Positions 38,827 through 51,007 of a stretch of DNA of 64,000 nucleotides are shown one piece after another. Every line of letters begins with the position of its first letter. Positions within the stretch are counted from its first letter, which is position 1. The stretch comes from Anaeramoeba ignava BMAN (Eukaryota; Protista; Anaeramoebae), in the NCBI GenBank assembly GCA_028826165.1, contig JAPDFW010000134.1:70938-134937 (forward strand), given 5' to 3'. A program made the translations under genes and the position numbers. The notes beneath the pieces were generated by a model that did no database searches, was not told the origin of the DNA, and saw only the letters and a program-made list of their open reading frames with translations.

Positions 38827-39180
38827 TTTTTTTTAATAAAAGAAAAATGAAAATTAAAAAAACAAAAACATTTTTTTAAATTTGAAATTTAAATTTTGAC
38901 TTTAAAATTTTATTTTTTTTAAAAGAAAAGAAAATTAAAAATTTTTAAATGGGAAAAATTTTTATTGAAACTTTTTGGGAAAAATTTTTTTTGCTTTTTC
39001 TGTTTTTATTTTTGTTTTAAAGAAAAAAAAATTTAATTAGAATATCAAAAAAAAAATGAATGGAAAACTCTAGAATTAAAAGTTATTCTTTTGTTTGTAA
39101 ATTGAAAAAAAAGAAATTAAAAAGTAATTAAGTTGAATTTGTTAAAAAAAAAAAAGGATTAAGAAAATCAAAACGAACTT

Positions 39181-42060
39181 TTATTTGATTCCAATTTTTC
39201 CTCGAATTTTTCCTATTAAAAATTTAAAAAAAGAAAAAAAGATTATTATTTTAAATTATTATTTAAATTATTATTTTAAATTATTATTTTAAATTATTAT
39301 TTTAAATTATTATTTAAATTATTATTTTAAATTATTATTTTAAATTATTATTTAAATTATTATTTAAATTATTATTTTAAATTATTATTTTAAATTATTA
39401 TTTAAATTATTATTTTAAATTATTATTTTAAATTATTATTTTAAATTATTATTTTAAATTATTATTTTAAATTATTATTTTAAATTATTATTTTAAATTA
39501 TTATTTAAATTATTATTTTAAATTATTATTTAAATTATTATTTTAAATTATTTTAAATTTAAACCTTTTGATGGTGTAACTTTCTTAGGTTTATTTGTTC
39601 CTAAAGAAAGATCAACAAAATCATCAATTCCAGTCCATAAAGTCTTTTTTTCTTGAGATTTTGTTTCTTTTTGATTTTTAACTGCTTTTTTTGATTTTAA
39701 TTGATTTGAGTTTGATTGAATATTTGGAAATTCATTCATTTCTGGAAATGCAACATCTTGAAGATTAACAGGTTTTTGAGGAGATAGAATTGTTGGTTCT
39801 GTTGGATATGAAACAAATTCAGTGAATCCAGTATCATTTTGATTTGGATCATTTGGAAATTGAATTTGATTTGGATTTTGATTTGGATTTTGAATTGGAA
39901 ATTGAATTTGATTTGGATTTTGATTTGGAAATTGAATTTGATTTGGATTTTGATTTGGAAATTGAATTTGATTTGGATCATTTGGAAATTGGATTTGATT
40001 TGGATCTGGAAATTCAATTGGATTTCCATCTGGGAATTGATTTTGATTTTGATTTTGATTTTCATTTTCATTTAATTCTTCATTTTCCATTGTTTTTTCA
40101 TTCGAATTAAATTCAAAATCAATCAAACTTTTTTCCGGTTTTGTTTTTTTTGTTGTTGTTATTTTTTTCGGTTTTTGGATTGTTTCTTTTTTTTTATTGG
40201 TTCGTTCTTTTTTTGGTGGATCTGCTTTTGCTCTGTTAACAATGATTTTAAATTTGTTTTTTATTGGAAATTCTTTTTTCTTGATGTGAATATGTTTTGG
40301 TTCTTGTTCTGGTTCTGATTGTGATTGTGATTGTGATTGTGATTCTTGTTCTTGTTCTTGTTCTGATTCTGATTCTGATTCTTGTTCTTGTTCTGATTCT
40401 GAATCACTTTTTGGATATTCTTCTCTGATTTTTTTTAATTTAAATTTTAATTTTAATTTTAAATTTTAATTTTAATTTTTATTTTATAAATGAATTTTAA
40501 TTTTTATACCTTTTAATATGAGCTTTTTTTCGAGGTTTTGTTGAATGAGATAAATTTTGAACTTTTTAAAAAAAAAATTAATAAAAACAAAAATAAATTT
40601 TATTTTGATTTCTGAAAAAAAAAATAATCTTGAATTACATTTATGAATATCATCAGAAGAAAAACCAATATATTTATTCTTATTTTTTCTTGCTGTTATT
40701 CTTTCTTTTTTAAGAACATTAAGATCACTAATAAGAGGTAATAATTTTTTACTTTTTTCTCTGACTAAAAAAAATTTAATAAATAAAAAGTCAACAAAAT
40801 GTTTTTTGAAAATAATTTATCAAAAATTTTACCATTAATTCCTTGATCTTTTCTATTCTCAAAATATTTGAATGATGCTAATTGTTTAATAGCAAATTTA
40901 TTTCTTCTAATTTCATCAACTGCTCTTTTACTTCCATTTTTTAAAAGATGTTCAATTACAAGAAGAGTCTAATTGATTTATAAATTTAGATTTTGTTTTT
41001 TTAAAGTTTTGTTAATTTGAAAAATTTCCCTTTTTTTTTGTTTTTATAAAAAGAGAAATATTGAACTTGTTTTTTTTACTTTATAAACTATTTTCCAATG
41101 TTCTTCTCCTAATCTATCCCAAATTGTTGCTAAAACTTGATCACATTCAGTACTATTTTCAATTTAATTTTAATTTATTTCAAATTAATTATTTCAATTT
41201 TAATTTATTTTCATTTTAATTTTAAATTAATTTTATTTCAATTTATTTCCAATTTAATTTTAATTTTAATTTTTATTTCCAATTTAATTTTATTTTATTT
41301 CAATTTTAATTTAATTTCAATCTAAATTCAATTTAATTTTATTTCATTTCAATCTAAATTCAATTTAATTTCAATTTAATTTCAATTTAATTTTAAATTT
41401 ATTTCAAATTAATTATTTCAATTTAATTTATTTTCAATTTATTTTAATTTATTTAATTTCATTTCAAATTAATTTCAAATTATTTTTATTTCATTTCAAA
41501 TTATTTTTATTTCCAATTTAATTTATTTTTATTTCCAATCTAAATTCAATTTAATTTCAATTTAATTTCAATTTCAATTTAATTTCCAATTAATTTTCAA
41601 TTAATTTATTTTCATTTTATTTCAAATTAATTAAATTTATTTCAAATTAATTATTTCAATTTAAATTTAATTTCAAATTATTTATTTCCAATTTATTTTT
41701 ATTTCAATTTAATTTCAATTTAATTTCAATTTATTTAATTTCAATTTATTTAATTTCAATTTAATTTCAATTTATTTAATTTCAATTTAATTTCAAATTA
41801 ATTTCATTTCAATTTGATTTTATTAGTTGAATTTGATTAACACACGAATCATAAGTATATTTTGAAATTTCTGCAAGAAGTGTTGATGAAGGGCCTGATT
41901 GATCTTTGTTTGTTGCATCTCGAACTTTAATTTCACATTCTTCATATTGAAGAACAAAATTTTTTCTGTTTATTTTTTTTTTATTTTTTTTTAATTGAAA
42001 TTTTTTAAATTGAATTGAGAATGGAAATCTTTTATAAATTTACATTTTTGCCCAACTCAT
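39181..42060 (-). CDS. ENTH-domain (epsin/epsinR-like) clathrin adaptor, 8 exons
   Basis: 'KNFVLQYEECEIKVRDATNKDQSGPSSTLLAEI', 'WKIVYKTLLVIEHLLKNGS', 'KDQGINVREKSK'. Clathrin-box-like LIDFE and QIQFPN repeats. Confidence 0.9.
39240..39555. repeat. Intronic 12-13-mer (TTATTATTTTAAA)n
   Basis: Last intron of the ENTH gene. Confidence 0.9.
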
Positions 42061-42415
42061 TTTATTTAAAATGAAAAAAGGAAAAAGAAATAAAATTGAA
42101 AAATGAAAAAAAAATGAAAAATGAAAAAAGAAAAAAATGAAAAAAAAATTTTTCTTCTTTTTTTATTTTTTTAATTTTAAATTTTTTTGTTTATTTGAAA
42201 GGAGAAAAAAAATAAAAACAAAATAAAACTAAGAATTAAAAACAACAAATAAATTTTTTAACCATCTTATTCATTTTAATTTAAAAAAATTGATCAATAA
42301 AAAATAAATAAAAAATTTCAATTAAAAATTTTTTTTTTGTCAATTTTTTTTTTTCATTTTTTTCTTTTTCATTTTTTTTTCCTTTTTTCAATTTTATCTT
42401 TTTATTTTTTTTTTG
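42061..42415. promoter_or_regulatory. Bidirectional promoter of ENTH and ALIX genes, with clustered TCATTTT motifs facing each gene
   Basis: Several 'aaaatgaaaa' (minus-strand TCATTTT) at 42070-42140 and plus-strand 'ttcatttt' at 42353-42375. Confidence 0.55.
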
Positions 42416-45400
42416 ATGCTTTCTTTTCCATTAAAAAAAGCTGAAAGAGCTGATATTTTTGGTTCTTTACGCAAATTTATTAACAAAAATTATAATAAAT
42501 CATTTGCAGATCATGAAAAAGATGCAACAACAATACATCAACTTAGACAACAAATAAAAGATGCAGTTACAATTGATAGCATTGAAAATTTTTATCAGTA
42601 AAATCAAAAACCAAATTATAAATATTAAATTATTTACAATTAAATTATTTATAATTAAATTATTTATAATTAAATTATTTACAATTAAATTATTTACAAA
42701 TAAATTATTTACAAATAAATTATTTACAATTATTAAATTATTTACAATTAAATTATTTACAATTAAATTATTTACAATTAAATTATTTACAATTAAATTA
42801 TTTACAATTATTAAATTATTTACAATTATTAAATTATTTACAAATAAATTATTTACAATTAAATTATTTACAATTAAGTTATTTACAATTAAATTATTTA
42901 CAATTAAATTATTTACAATTATTAAATTATTTACAAATAAATTATTTACAATATTAAGTTATTTACAATTAAATTATTTATAATTATTAAATTATTTACA
43001 ATTAAGTTATTTACAATTAAATTATTTACAATTATTAAATTATTTACAAATAAATTATTTATAATTAAATTATTTACAAATAAATTATTTATAATTAAAT
43101 TATTTACAAATAAATTATTTACAATTATTAAATTATTTACAAATAAATTATTTACAAATAAATTATTTACAATTAAATTATTTATAATTAAATTATTTAC
43201 AATTAAATTATTTACAAATAAATTATTTATAATTAAATTATTTACAATTAAATTATTTACAAATATTAAATTATTTACAATTAATAAATTATTTACAAAT
43301 AAATTATTTACAATTAAATTATTTACAATTAAATTATTTACAAATAAATTATTTACAATTAAATTATTTACAAATAAATTATTTATAATTAAATTATTTA
43401 CAATTAAATTATTTATAATTAAATTATTTACAAATAAATTATTTATAATTAAATTATTTACAATTAAATTATGCTAGATATTTTGCTTATCTTTTATTAA
43501 TTGAGAAAAAATTTCCAACAAAAGGAAATGATAAAAAAGCTTTGAGAGTTAATTGGGTTTGGTATGATGCTTTTAAAAACAAGAATTGCTGTAATTAGTT
43601 TTAAATCAAAAAAATAAATTAAAAATTAAAAATTAAAAATTAAAAATAAATAAAAAAGCATCATATTTTCTAGAATTAGAAAAAGCATCAATTCTTTTTA
43701 ATTTATCAGCAATATGTTGTTCAAACGCAGCAGATTCAAATTTATCATCAGCAGACAGTCTTAGATTAGCAGTTCAAAATTTTCAAATTGCTGCTGGAGC
43801 ATTAACTTATATTCAAGAACAATTATTACCAAAACTTCCACAAGGAATGACACCAGATCTTGCTCCAGATTCAATTAGAACCCTTATTTCATTAAATCTT
43901 GCTCAAGCTCAAGAATGTATTGTTGAAAAAGCAATTAATTCAAAAATGAAACCAATTACTTTAAAAAAATTGGCTATTCAAACTGCAATTGATTATGAAA
44001 AAACCCAACAATTACTTAAATCTTCTCCAATTTCAAATATGGTTCCTCGAGTATAAATAAATTAATAAATAATTTAATAAATAAATTAATAAATAAATTA
44101 ATAAATAAATTAATAAATAAATTAATAAATAAATTAATAAATAAATTAATAAATAAATTAATAAATAAATTAATAAATAAATTAATAAATAAATTTATAA
44201 ATAAATTAATAAATAAATTAATAAATAAATTAATAAATAAATTAATAAATAAATAAATAAATTAATAAATAAATTAATAAATAAATTAATTAATAAATAA
44301 ATTAATAAATAAATTAATAAATAAATTAATAAATAAATAAATAAATTAATAAATAAATTAATAAATAAATTAATAATTAAATTTATAAATAAATTAACAA
44401 ATAAATTAATAATTAAATTAATAAATAAATAAATAAATTAATAAATAAATTAATAAATAAATTAATAAATAAATAAATAAATAAATTAATAAATTAATAA
44501 ATAAATTAATAAATAAATTAATAAATAAATTAATAAATAAATTAATAAATAAATTAACAAATAAATTAATAAATAAATTAATAAATAAATTAATAATTAA
44601 ATTAATAATTAAATTAATAATTAAATTAATAAATAAATAAATTAATAAATTAATAAATAAATTAATAAATAAATTAATAAATAAATTAATAAATTAATAA
44701 ATTAATAAATTAATAAATTAATAAATTAATAAATTAATAAATTAATAAATTAATAAATTAATAAATAAATTAATAATTAAATTAATAATTAAATTAATAA
44801 TTAAATTAATAAATAAATTAATAATTAAATTAATAATTAAATTAATAAATAAATTAATAAATAAATAAATTAATAAATTAATAAATAAATTAATAAATAA
44901 ATTAATAAATAAATTAATAAATAAATTAATAAATAAATTAATAATTAAATTAATAAATAAATTTATAAATAAATTAATAAATAAATTAATAAATAAATTA
45001 ATAAATAAATTAATAATTAAATATGTTCTTTTTTATAAAAAAAAAAGAATTTTGCTCCTTATTTAGAAATTAAGAAATTATATTTTCAAGTTCTTGCAAA
45101 TCGATATGAAGCTCAAGTTTTAGAAAAAGCACAAAAACAAGGAGCAAGAGTTTCAAGATTAACATTAGCAAATTCATTGGCAAAAACAATGTCAAGTCAT
45201 TTAAAACATTGTTCAAATCTTAAAGAAAAAGTAGAAGGAATTCAAAAAGTATTTATTAAAAAATTAATAATTAAAAATTTTATAATTGAAAAATTTAAAA
45301 TTAAAAAATTTATAATTAAAAATTTTATAATTGAAAAATTAATAATTGAAAAATTTATAATTAAAAAATTAATTATTGAAAAATTTATAATTAAAAAATT

Positions 45401-47177
45401 AGAAAACAAAAAGTGAATTTGAAAAAGCAGTCAAAGAAAATGATACAATTTATCTTCAAACTGTTCCAGATGTAAGTACTCTTACAGAAATTCCAGGACA
45501 TTCATTAGCTGCTCCAACACCATTACCAGATTTTAGTAAATATCTTGAAGGAGATTTATTTCATGGATTACTTCCTTTACATTCACAAGAAGGACTAAAA
45601 AGATATAATGAACTTTTAGATAATAAAATCTCTACTCTTCAAGAATATGTTTCTGCAAAAAATGAACAAATTCATACAACATTTGAAGAGTTAGGTTTAC
45701 CTGGTTCAATTCTTATTCTTCAACTTTCAAAAGGAATTCCAGAAGAAGTTAGAACTAAACTTGAAAATTGCAAAGAACAAGTAAAAAAGCAAAAAAATTT
45801 TTTTGATAGTTTTTTTTTCACCTTTTTTTTAAATTGAATTTTTTAAATTGAATTTTTTTTTTATCATTAAATTTAGGGTGGTTTAAATTTATTAACTGAA
45901 CTTCGTGATACTATTAAAACTTTAAGAGAGCAATCACAAATTATGTTGAATGAACTTGTTCAAATTATTCGAAAAGAAGATGATGAAGATTTGCAATACA
46001 GATTAAAATATGGAACAAAATGGAATCGGTAAAATTTATTTTAATTTTTAATTTTAATTTTTAATTGAATTTTTAAATGAATTTTAATTTTAAAATTAGC
46101 CCAACATCAGGTGAAATAAATGCTAAATATATGAAAGATATTAGTAGATATACACAAACATTCGAGAAAGCATCAAAATCAGATTCAATTATTGATACCA
46201 AAATTGAAAAGCATCGAAGTGGATTAGAAATGCTTCTTTTAAGTGAAGAACAAATTGTTCAAAAATTACAAGTGAAATTAATTCAAAAAGTAGATGATCA
46301 AACAACCGAAATTGCAAATGAATTAAAATCATATATTGATAAATTAGAAGCAATGCAAAGTGAAAGAGAAAAAATGCTAAATGAAATTCATGAAAAAAAA
46401 GAAAAAGATGATCCAATGAGCTTTTTACTTAATATTCAACCACATGAATTTTTGGATAAAGCAATTGATACTAATATTCAAAAGGTATATGGAGAATTTA
46501 TGAAAGTTATAGAAGATGGATTGCAAGAACAAGATGGTTTATTAGAAAAAGTAAAAGAATTAAATCAACAATTTGTTGATTCAAAAAAAGATCAGGATGA
46601 TAAAGATGATAAAAATAATCCTTTACAAGAATTATCTTCTGCACTTTCAGCTTATTCTGGAATTCATTCAGATCTTGAGGAAGGATTTCGTTTTTATACA
46701 ACTTTTCAAGTAGAATTTTTAAATTATTTTTAATATTAAAATTAAAATTAAAATTAAAATTTAAATTTAAATTGAAATTAAAATATTTTTTAGGATTCAG
46801 TAAAAACTTTAAGAAATAAAATTGAGGATTTTGTTCTTGCTAGAGATTTGGAAAAAACAGATTTATTAGACTCACTTGGTCAAAAAGAAGATAAAGAAAA
46901 TAAAACTCAAAATCAAAGTGAAAATTATCAAATTCCTCAACAATTTAATCAACAATTTAATCAACAAAATTATCAACAATTTCCTCAACAATTTAATCAA
47001 CAATTTCCTCAACAATTTAATCAATTTCCTCAACAATTTAATCAACAACCTGGTCCTCAATTTTATTATCAACAACCTGGTCCTCAATTTGGTTATCAAC
47101 AACCTCAATTTATGCAACAATTTGGAACTGCTCCTCCAATGGAAAAAAAAGATAAAAAAAACAAGAAGAAAAAATAA
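42416..47177 (+). CDS. PDCD6IP: ALIX/Bro1 ESCRT-associated protein (Bro1, V domain, P/Q-rich tail), 8 exons
   Basis: 'WVWYDAF', 'ELEKASILFNL', 'NLAQAQECI', 'KENDTIY', 'KYGTKWNR', 'LEEGFRFY'. All exons join in frame. Confidence 0.92.
42620..43470. repeat. Intronic 15-mer (TAAATTATTTACAAT)n
   Basis: Intron 1 of ALIX. Confidence 0.92.
44055..45020. repeat. Intronic 12-mer (AATAAATAAATT)n
   Basis: Intron 3 of ALIX. Confidence 0.92.
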
Positions 47178-47348
47178 ATCTTTTCTTTTTCCGTTTTTTT
47201 TTTTTTTGATTTGCTTTGATTTACTTTCTTTCCATTTTTTTCTTTTTTGAATTTTCAAATTTTTCTTTTGCTTTCTAAAAACAATCCAAAATTTTTCATT
47301 TTAATTTTTTTCATTTTTTTCATTTTAATTTTTCATTTTAAATTTTTA

Positions 47349-48518
47349 ATGAATATTTTAACTGCATTTTCAACATTTAAAGATAGTTTAAATGCAGAAA
47401 AAGTTGGAGAAGCAATAATTAAAACATTAAAACAAATTCTTCCAAAAGAAACAAAATTTACAAATTTACCTTTAAGTGATGGAGGTGAAAATTTCATAGA
47501 AGCATTAAAAACATGTTTAGAACTGGAAACAATAGAAGTTCCAGTTATTGGTCCATTAGGAACACCAATGATGAGTTCATATGGTTCAAGCAAAAAAGAA
47601 AAAGGACTTGCAATTATCGAAATGGCGAAAGCAAGTGGAATAGAACATGTGCCAGAAAAAGATCGAAATCCACTTTTGACAACAACATATGGCACAGGGC
47701 AATTGATTAGAAGAGCGATTGTCGATCAACATGACCGTCTATTAGTGGCAATTGGGGGTTCTGCAACGAACGACGCAGGGCTCGGTGCTTTAAGTGCACT
47801 TGGATATAAATTCTCATTTGATCCACATTTTGCCCCCGAAGAAGAGCATTTTTTAAGTGGAGGAGATCTTGTTAAAATTCGGGACATTTCAAAGCCCAAG
47901 CACTTGATTACTGATGAAATCAAAATGGATCTTGCTTGCGATGTTGTCAATCCTTTTACTGGACCAAATGGAGCCGTTGAAATTTTCTCTTTTCAAAAGG
48001 GGGCAAAAACGGAACAAATGAGAAGGCAACTTGAAGATGGAATGTGTAATGTGAGGGATATTTTTCGAAGAAAGTTCCATGTTGATTTGGATGCTATTCA
48101 GGGATCTGGTGCTGCTGGAGGATTGGGAGGTGGTTTATATGTGGGTTGCTCGGCAAAAATTAAAAGTGGAATTGAAATTCTTGCCGGAATTGTTCAATTA
48201 GAAAAACATGTTGCAAATTCAAGTGTAGTTTTTACTGGTGAAGGATGTTATGATTCACAAACAAAATATGGGAAAGTTGTTTCTTATGTTCAAACTTTGT
48301 GTAAAAAGTATAATGTTCCTTTGGTTGTTTTGTGTGGGAAATCTTTGGTTAAAAATAATATTAATGATGAAAGGTTTTTTCAGGTTCATTCTTTGGATTC
48401 GATGTTTGTTAAAGACCAATCAATGAAGAAACCTGAATTTTGTTTGAAGAAACTTGTTTTGGATCGAGCCTGTTTTTTTCCTGTTATTGGAAAGAAAATA
48501 AACAAAGACAAAATCTAA
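47349..48518 (+). CDS. glxK: Glycerate kinase, class I (GlxK/GarK type)
   Basis: 'STFKDSL', 'PLSDGGE', 'AIIEMAKASG', 'TTTYGTGQLI', 'IGGSATNDAG', 'ACDVVNPFTGPNGA', 'GSGAAGGLG', 'TGEGCYDSQTKYGKV'. Intronless. Confidence 0.95.
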   Translation: MNILTAFSTFKDSLNAEKVGEAIIKTLKQILPKETKFTNLPLSDGGENFIEALKTCLELETIEVPVIGPLGTPMMSSYGSSKKEKGLAIIEMAKASGIEHVPEKDRNPLLTTTYGTGQLIRRAIVDQHDRLLVAIGGSATNDAGLGALSALGYKFSFDPHFAPEEEHFLSGGDLVKIRDISKPKHLITDEIKMDLACDVVNPFTGPNGAVEIFSFQKGAKTEQMRRQLEDGMCNVRDIFRRKFHVDLDAIQGSGAAGGLGGGLYVGCSAKIKSGIEILAGIVQLEKHVANSSVVFTGEGCYDSQTKYGKVVSYVQTLCKKYNVPLVVLCGKSLVKNNINDERFFQVHSLDSMFVKDQSMKKPEFCLKKLVLDRACFFPVIGKKINKDKI

Positions 48519-48524
48519 AAATAA

Positions 48525-49160
48525 AATATTGAATTAAATTAAATATTGAATATTGAATTAAATATTGAATTAAATATTGAATTAAATATTGAATTAAATA
48601 TTAAATTGAATTGAATTAAATATTAAATTGAATTGAATTGAATATTGAATTGAATTGAATATTGAATTAAATATTAAATTGAATTGAATTGAATTAAATA
48701 TTGAATTAAAAATTAAATAATGAATATTGAATTGAATTGAATTGAATATTGAATTGAATTAAATATTGAATATTAAATTGAGTTAAATTGAATAGAATTG
48801 AATATTGAATTGAATTGAATATTGAATTAAATATTGAATTGAATATTGAATTGAATATTGAATTGAAATGAATTAAATAATGAATACTGAATTGAATTAA
48901 ATATTAAATATTGAATTGAATTGAATATTGAATTAAATATTAAATATTAAATATTGAATACTGAATTAAATTAAATTGAATATTAAATATTGAATTGAAA
49001 TTGAATTAAATATTGAATTGAATTAAATAAAATTGAATTGAATATTGAATTGAATAGAATTAAATATTGAATTGAATTAAATATTAAATTGAATTAAATA
49101 TTAAATTGAATTAAATATTGAATTAAATATTAAATTGAATATTGAATTAAATATTGAAAT
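48525..49160. repeat. Intergenic minisatellite (ATTGA/ATTAAAT mosaics)
   Basis: Continuous 'attgaattaaatattgaattga' variants. Confidence 0.9.
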
Positions 49161-49256
49161 GGAAAAAGAGAATAAAAAAATTCTGAATTGATTAAGAAAT
49201 AAAGAAGAAATTTTTTTTTCATTTTTCTTCTTTCATTTTAAATATTTTGTTCTAAA

Positions 49257-50494
49257 ATGGAAACATATGAAGAAACAAAAGGTTGAAAAAAGAAAAAAGA
49301 AAAAAGAAACAAAACTTAAAATAACAAAAAATAATATTTTTTTATTTTAAATAGAACCAAAAGTAGTTCATATTGAATTACTTAAACAAGCAATTGAAAA
49401 AATTACAGGAGAAGATGCAGAAAAATGTATGTTATCAATTCCTCAAGTTAAAGAGTTATTTCTTCTTGATCCAAAAGGTGCTGAACTTTTTCATAGAATT
49501 CTTGATATGTTTGTCTATTTATTTCTCTTTTTTTTATTATACTTTTTTTCATCAGAATTATTTTGATGTAAATTAAAATCAAAATCAAAATCAAAATCAA
49601 AATCAAAATCTAATTATAAATCTAATTATAAATATAAATATAAATCTAATTATAAATATAAATATAAATATAAATATAAATATAAATATAAATATAAATA
49701 TAAATATAAATATAAATATAAATATAAATATAAATATAAATATAAATATAAATATAAATATAAATATTTAAAATATAAATATAAATATAAATATAAATAT
49801 AAATCTAAATATAAAAATAAATATAAATAAAATTAAAATTAAAATCAAAATCAAAATTAAAATCAAAATTAAAATCAAAATTAAAATCAAAATTAAAATC
49901 AAAATCAAAATCAAAATTAAAATCAAAATTAAAATTAAAATCAAAATCAAATTCAAAATTAAAATTAAAATTAAAATTCAAAATTAAAATAGAAACAAGG
50001 ATGGAAAAGTGGAATTTGAAGAAATCAAACAAACTATTACAACATTAACAAGTGGAACAAATGAAGAAAAAGCAGAAATAATATTCAAAACATGGGATGA
50101 AAATGGGGATGGATATTTAACAGAAATGGAAGTACGACAAATGATGTTTAGTTCAGTAACACTTGCATCTTCATTTTTAATAACAAAGATGTTAGGACCA
50201 ATGTCAAACCTGATACAAACATTGGATTCTGAAAATCATCAGAATGAACCCAACTTCAAAGACCAAATTGAACAAGGAATTCAAGAACAAATCAATGGAA
50301 CTGATATTGATAATATTGTCCAAATGCTTTTCCAACAAACTCAAACTGAAATGACTGATGCAATTTCTCTTGAAAAATTCAAACAGCATTGTTCAACCCC
50401 AGATAGTGCTGCAACCCCAATTATTGAAGGGTTAATCTCAATCGCTCAACCTTTAATTCAAGATGAAAATGATCCTAATTGTCAAATGATGTGA
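49257..50494 (+). CDS. EF-hand calcium-binding protein (calcineurin-B/NCS-like) with CaaX end, 3 exons
   Basis: EF loops 'DINKDGKVEFEE' (spans intron 49509-49992) and 'DENGDGYLTEME'. 'EEKAEIIFKTWD'. Ends CQMM. Confidence 0.85.
49575..49985. repeat. Intronic hexamer tracts (AAAATC)n, (ATAAAT)n, (AAAATT)n
   Basis: Intron 2 of the EF-hand gene. Confidence 0.9.
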
Positions 50495-50630
50495 ATCCAA
50501 TAATCTTGAACTAGCAAAAAAACCCAAAAAAAAAAATATCCCTTTTTTTGATTTTTTGATTTTTTCTTTTTCAATCAAAATTCAAATTCAAATTCCCTTC
50601 ATTTCTTTCATTTTTTTGATGTGGAATTTT

Positions 50631-51006
50631 TCATAAAAGAAAAAAACAATTTAATTTTAATTTTGATTTTAATTTTGATTTTAATTTTAATTTGAATTTT
50701 AATTTTTGATTTTCATTTTTAAATTTGTTAGTTAATAAATCAAATAAATTTGGATTTGTTTGATTTAATTGAAAATAATTAATTCCATTTTGATTTTTAA
50801 TTTTAATTTTAATTTTAATTTTAATTTTAATTTTAATTTTAATTTTAATTTTAATTTTAATTTTAATTTTAATTTTAATTTTAATTTTAATTTTGATTTT
50901 AATTTTGATTATTAAATTTGTTAATTAATAAATCAAATAAATTTGGATTTGTTTGATTTAATTGAAAATAATCAATTCCAATTTTAATTTCATTAATGAT
51001 TTCTTG
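50631..51006 (-). pseudogene. Two orphan copies of the RCC1-BTB 3' end (alternative tails)
   Basis: 50899-51006 reads QEIINEIKIGIDYFQLNQTNPNLFDLLINKFNNQN*. 50631-50795 reads NGINYFQLNQTNPNLFDLLTNKFKNENQKLKFKLKLKSKLKSKLKLNCFFLL*. Confidence 0.75.
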
Positions 51007-51007
51007 T

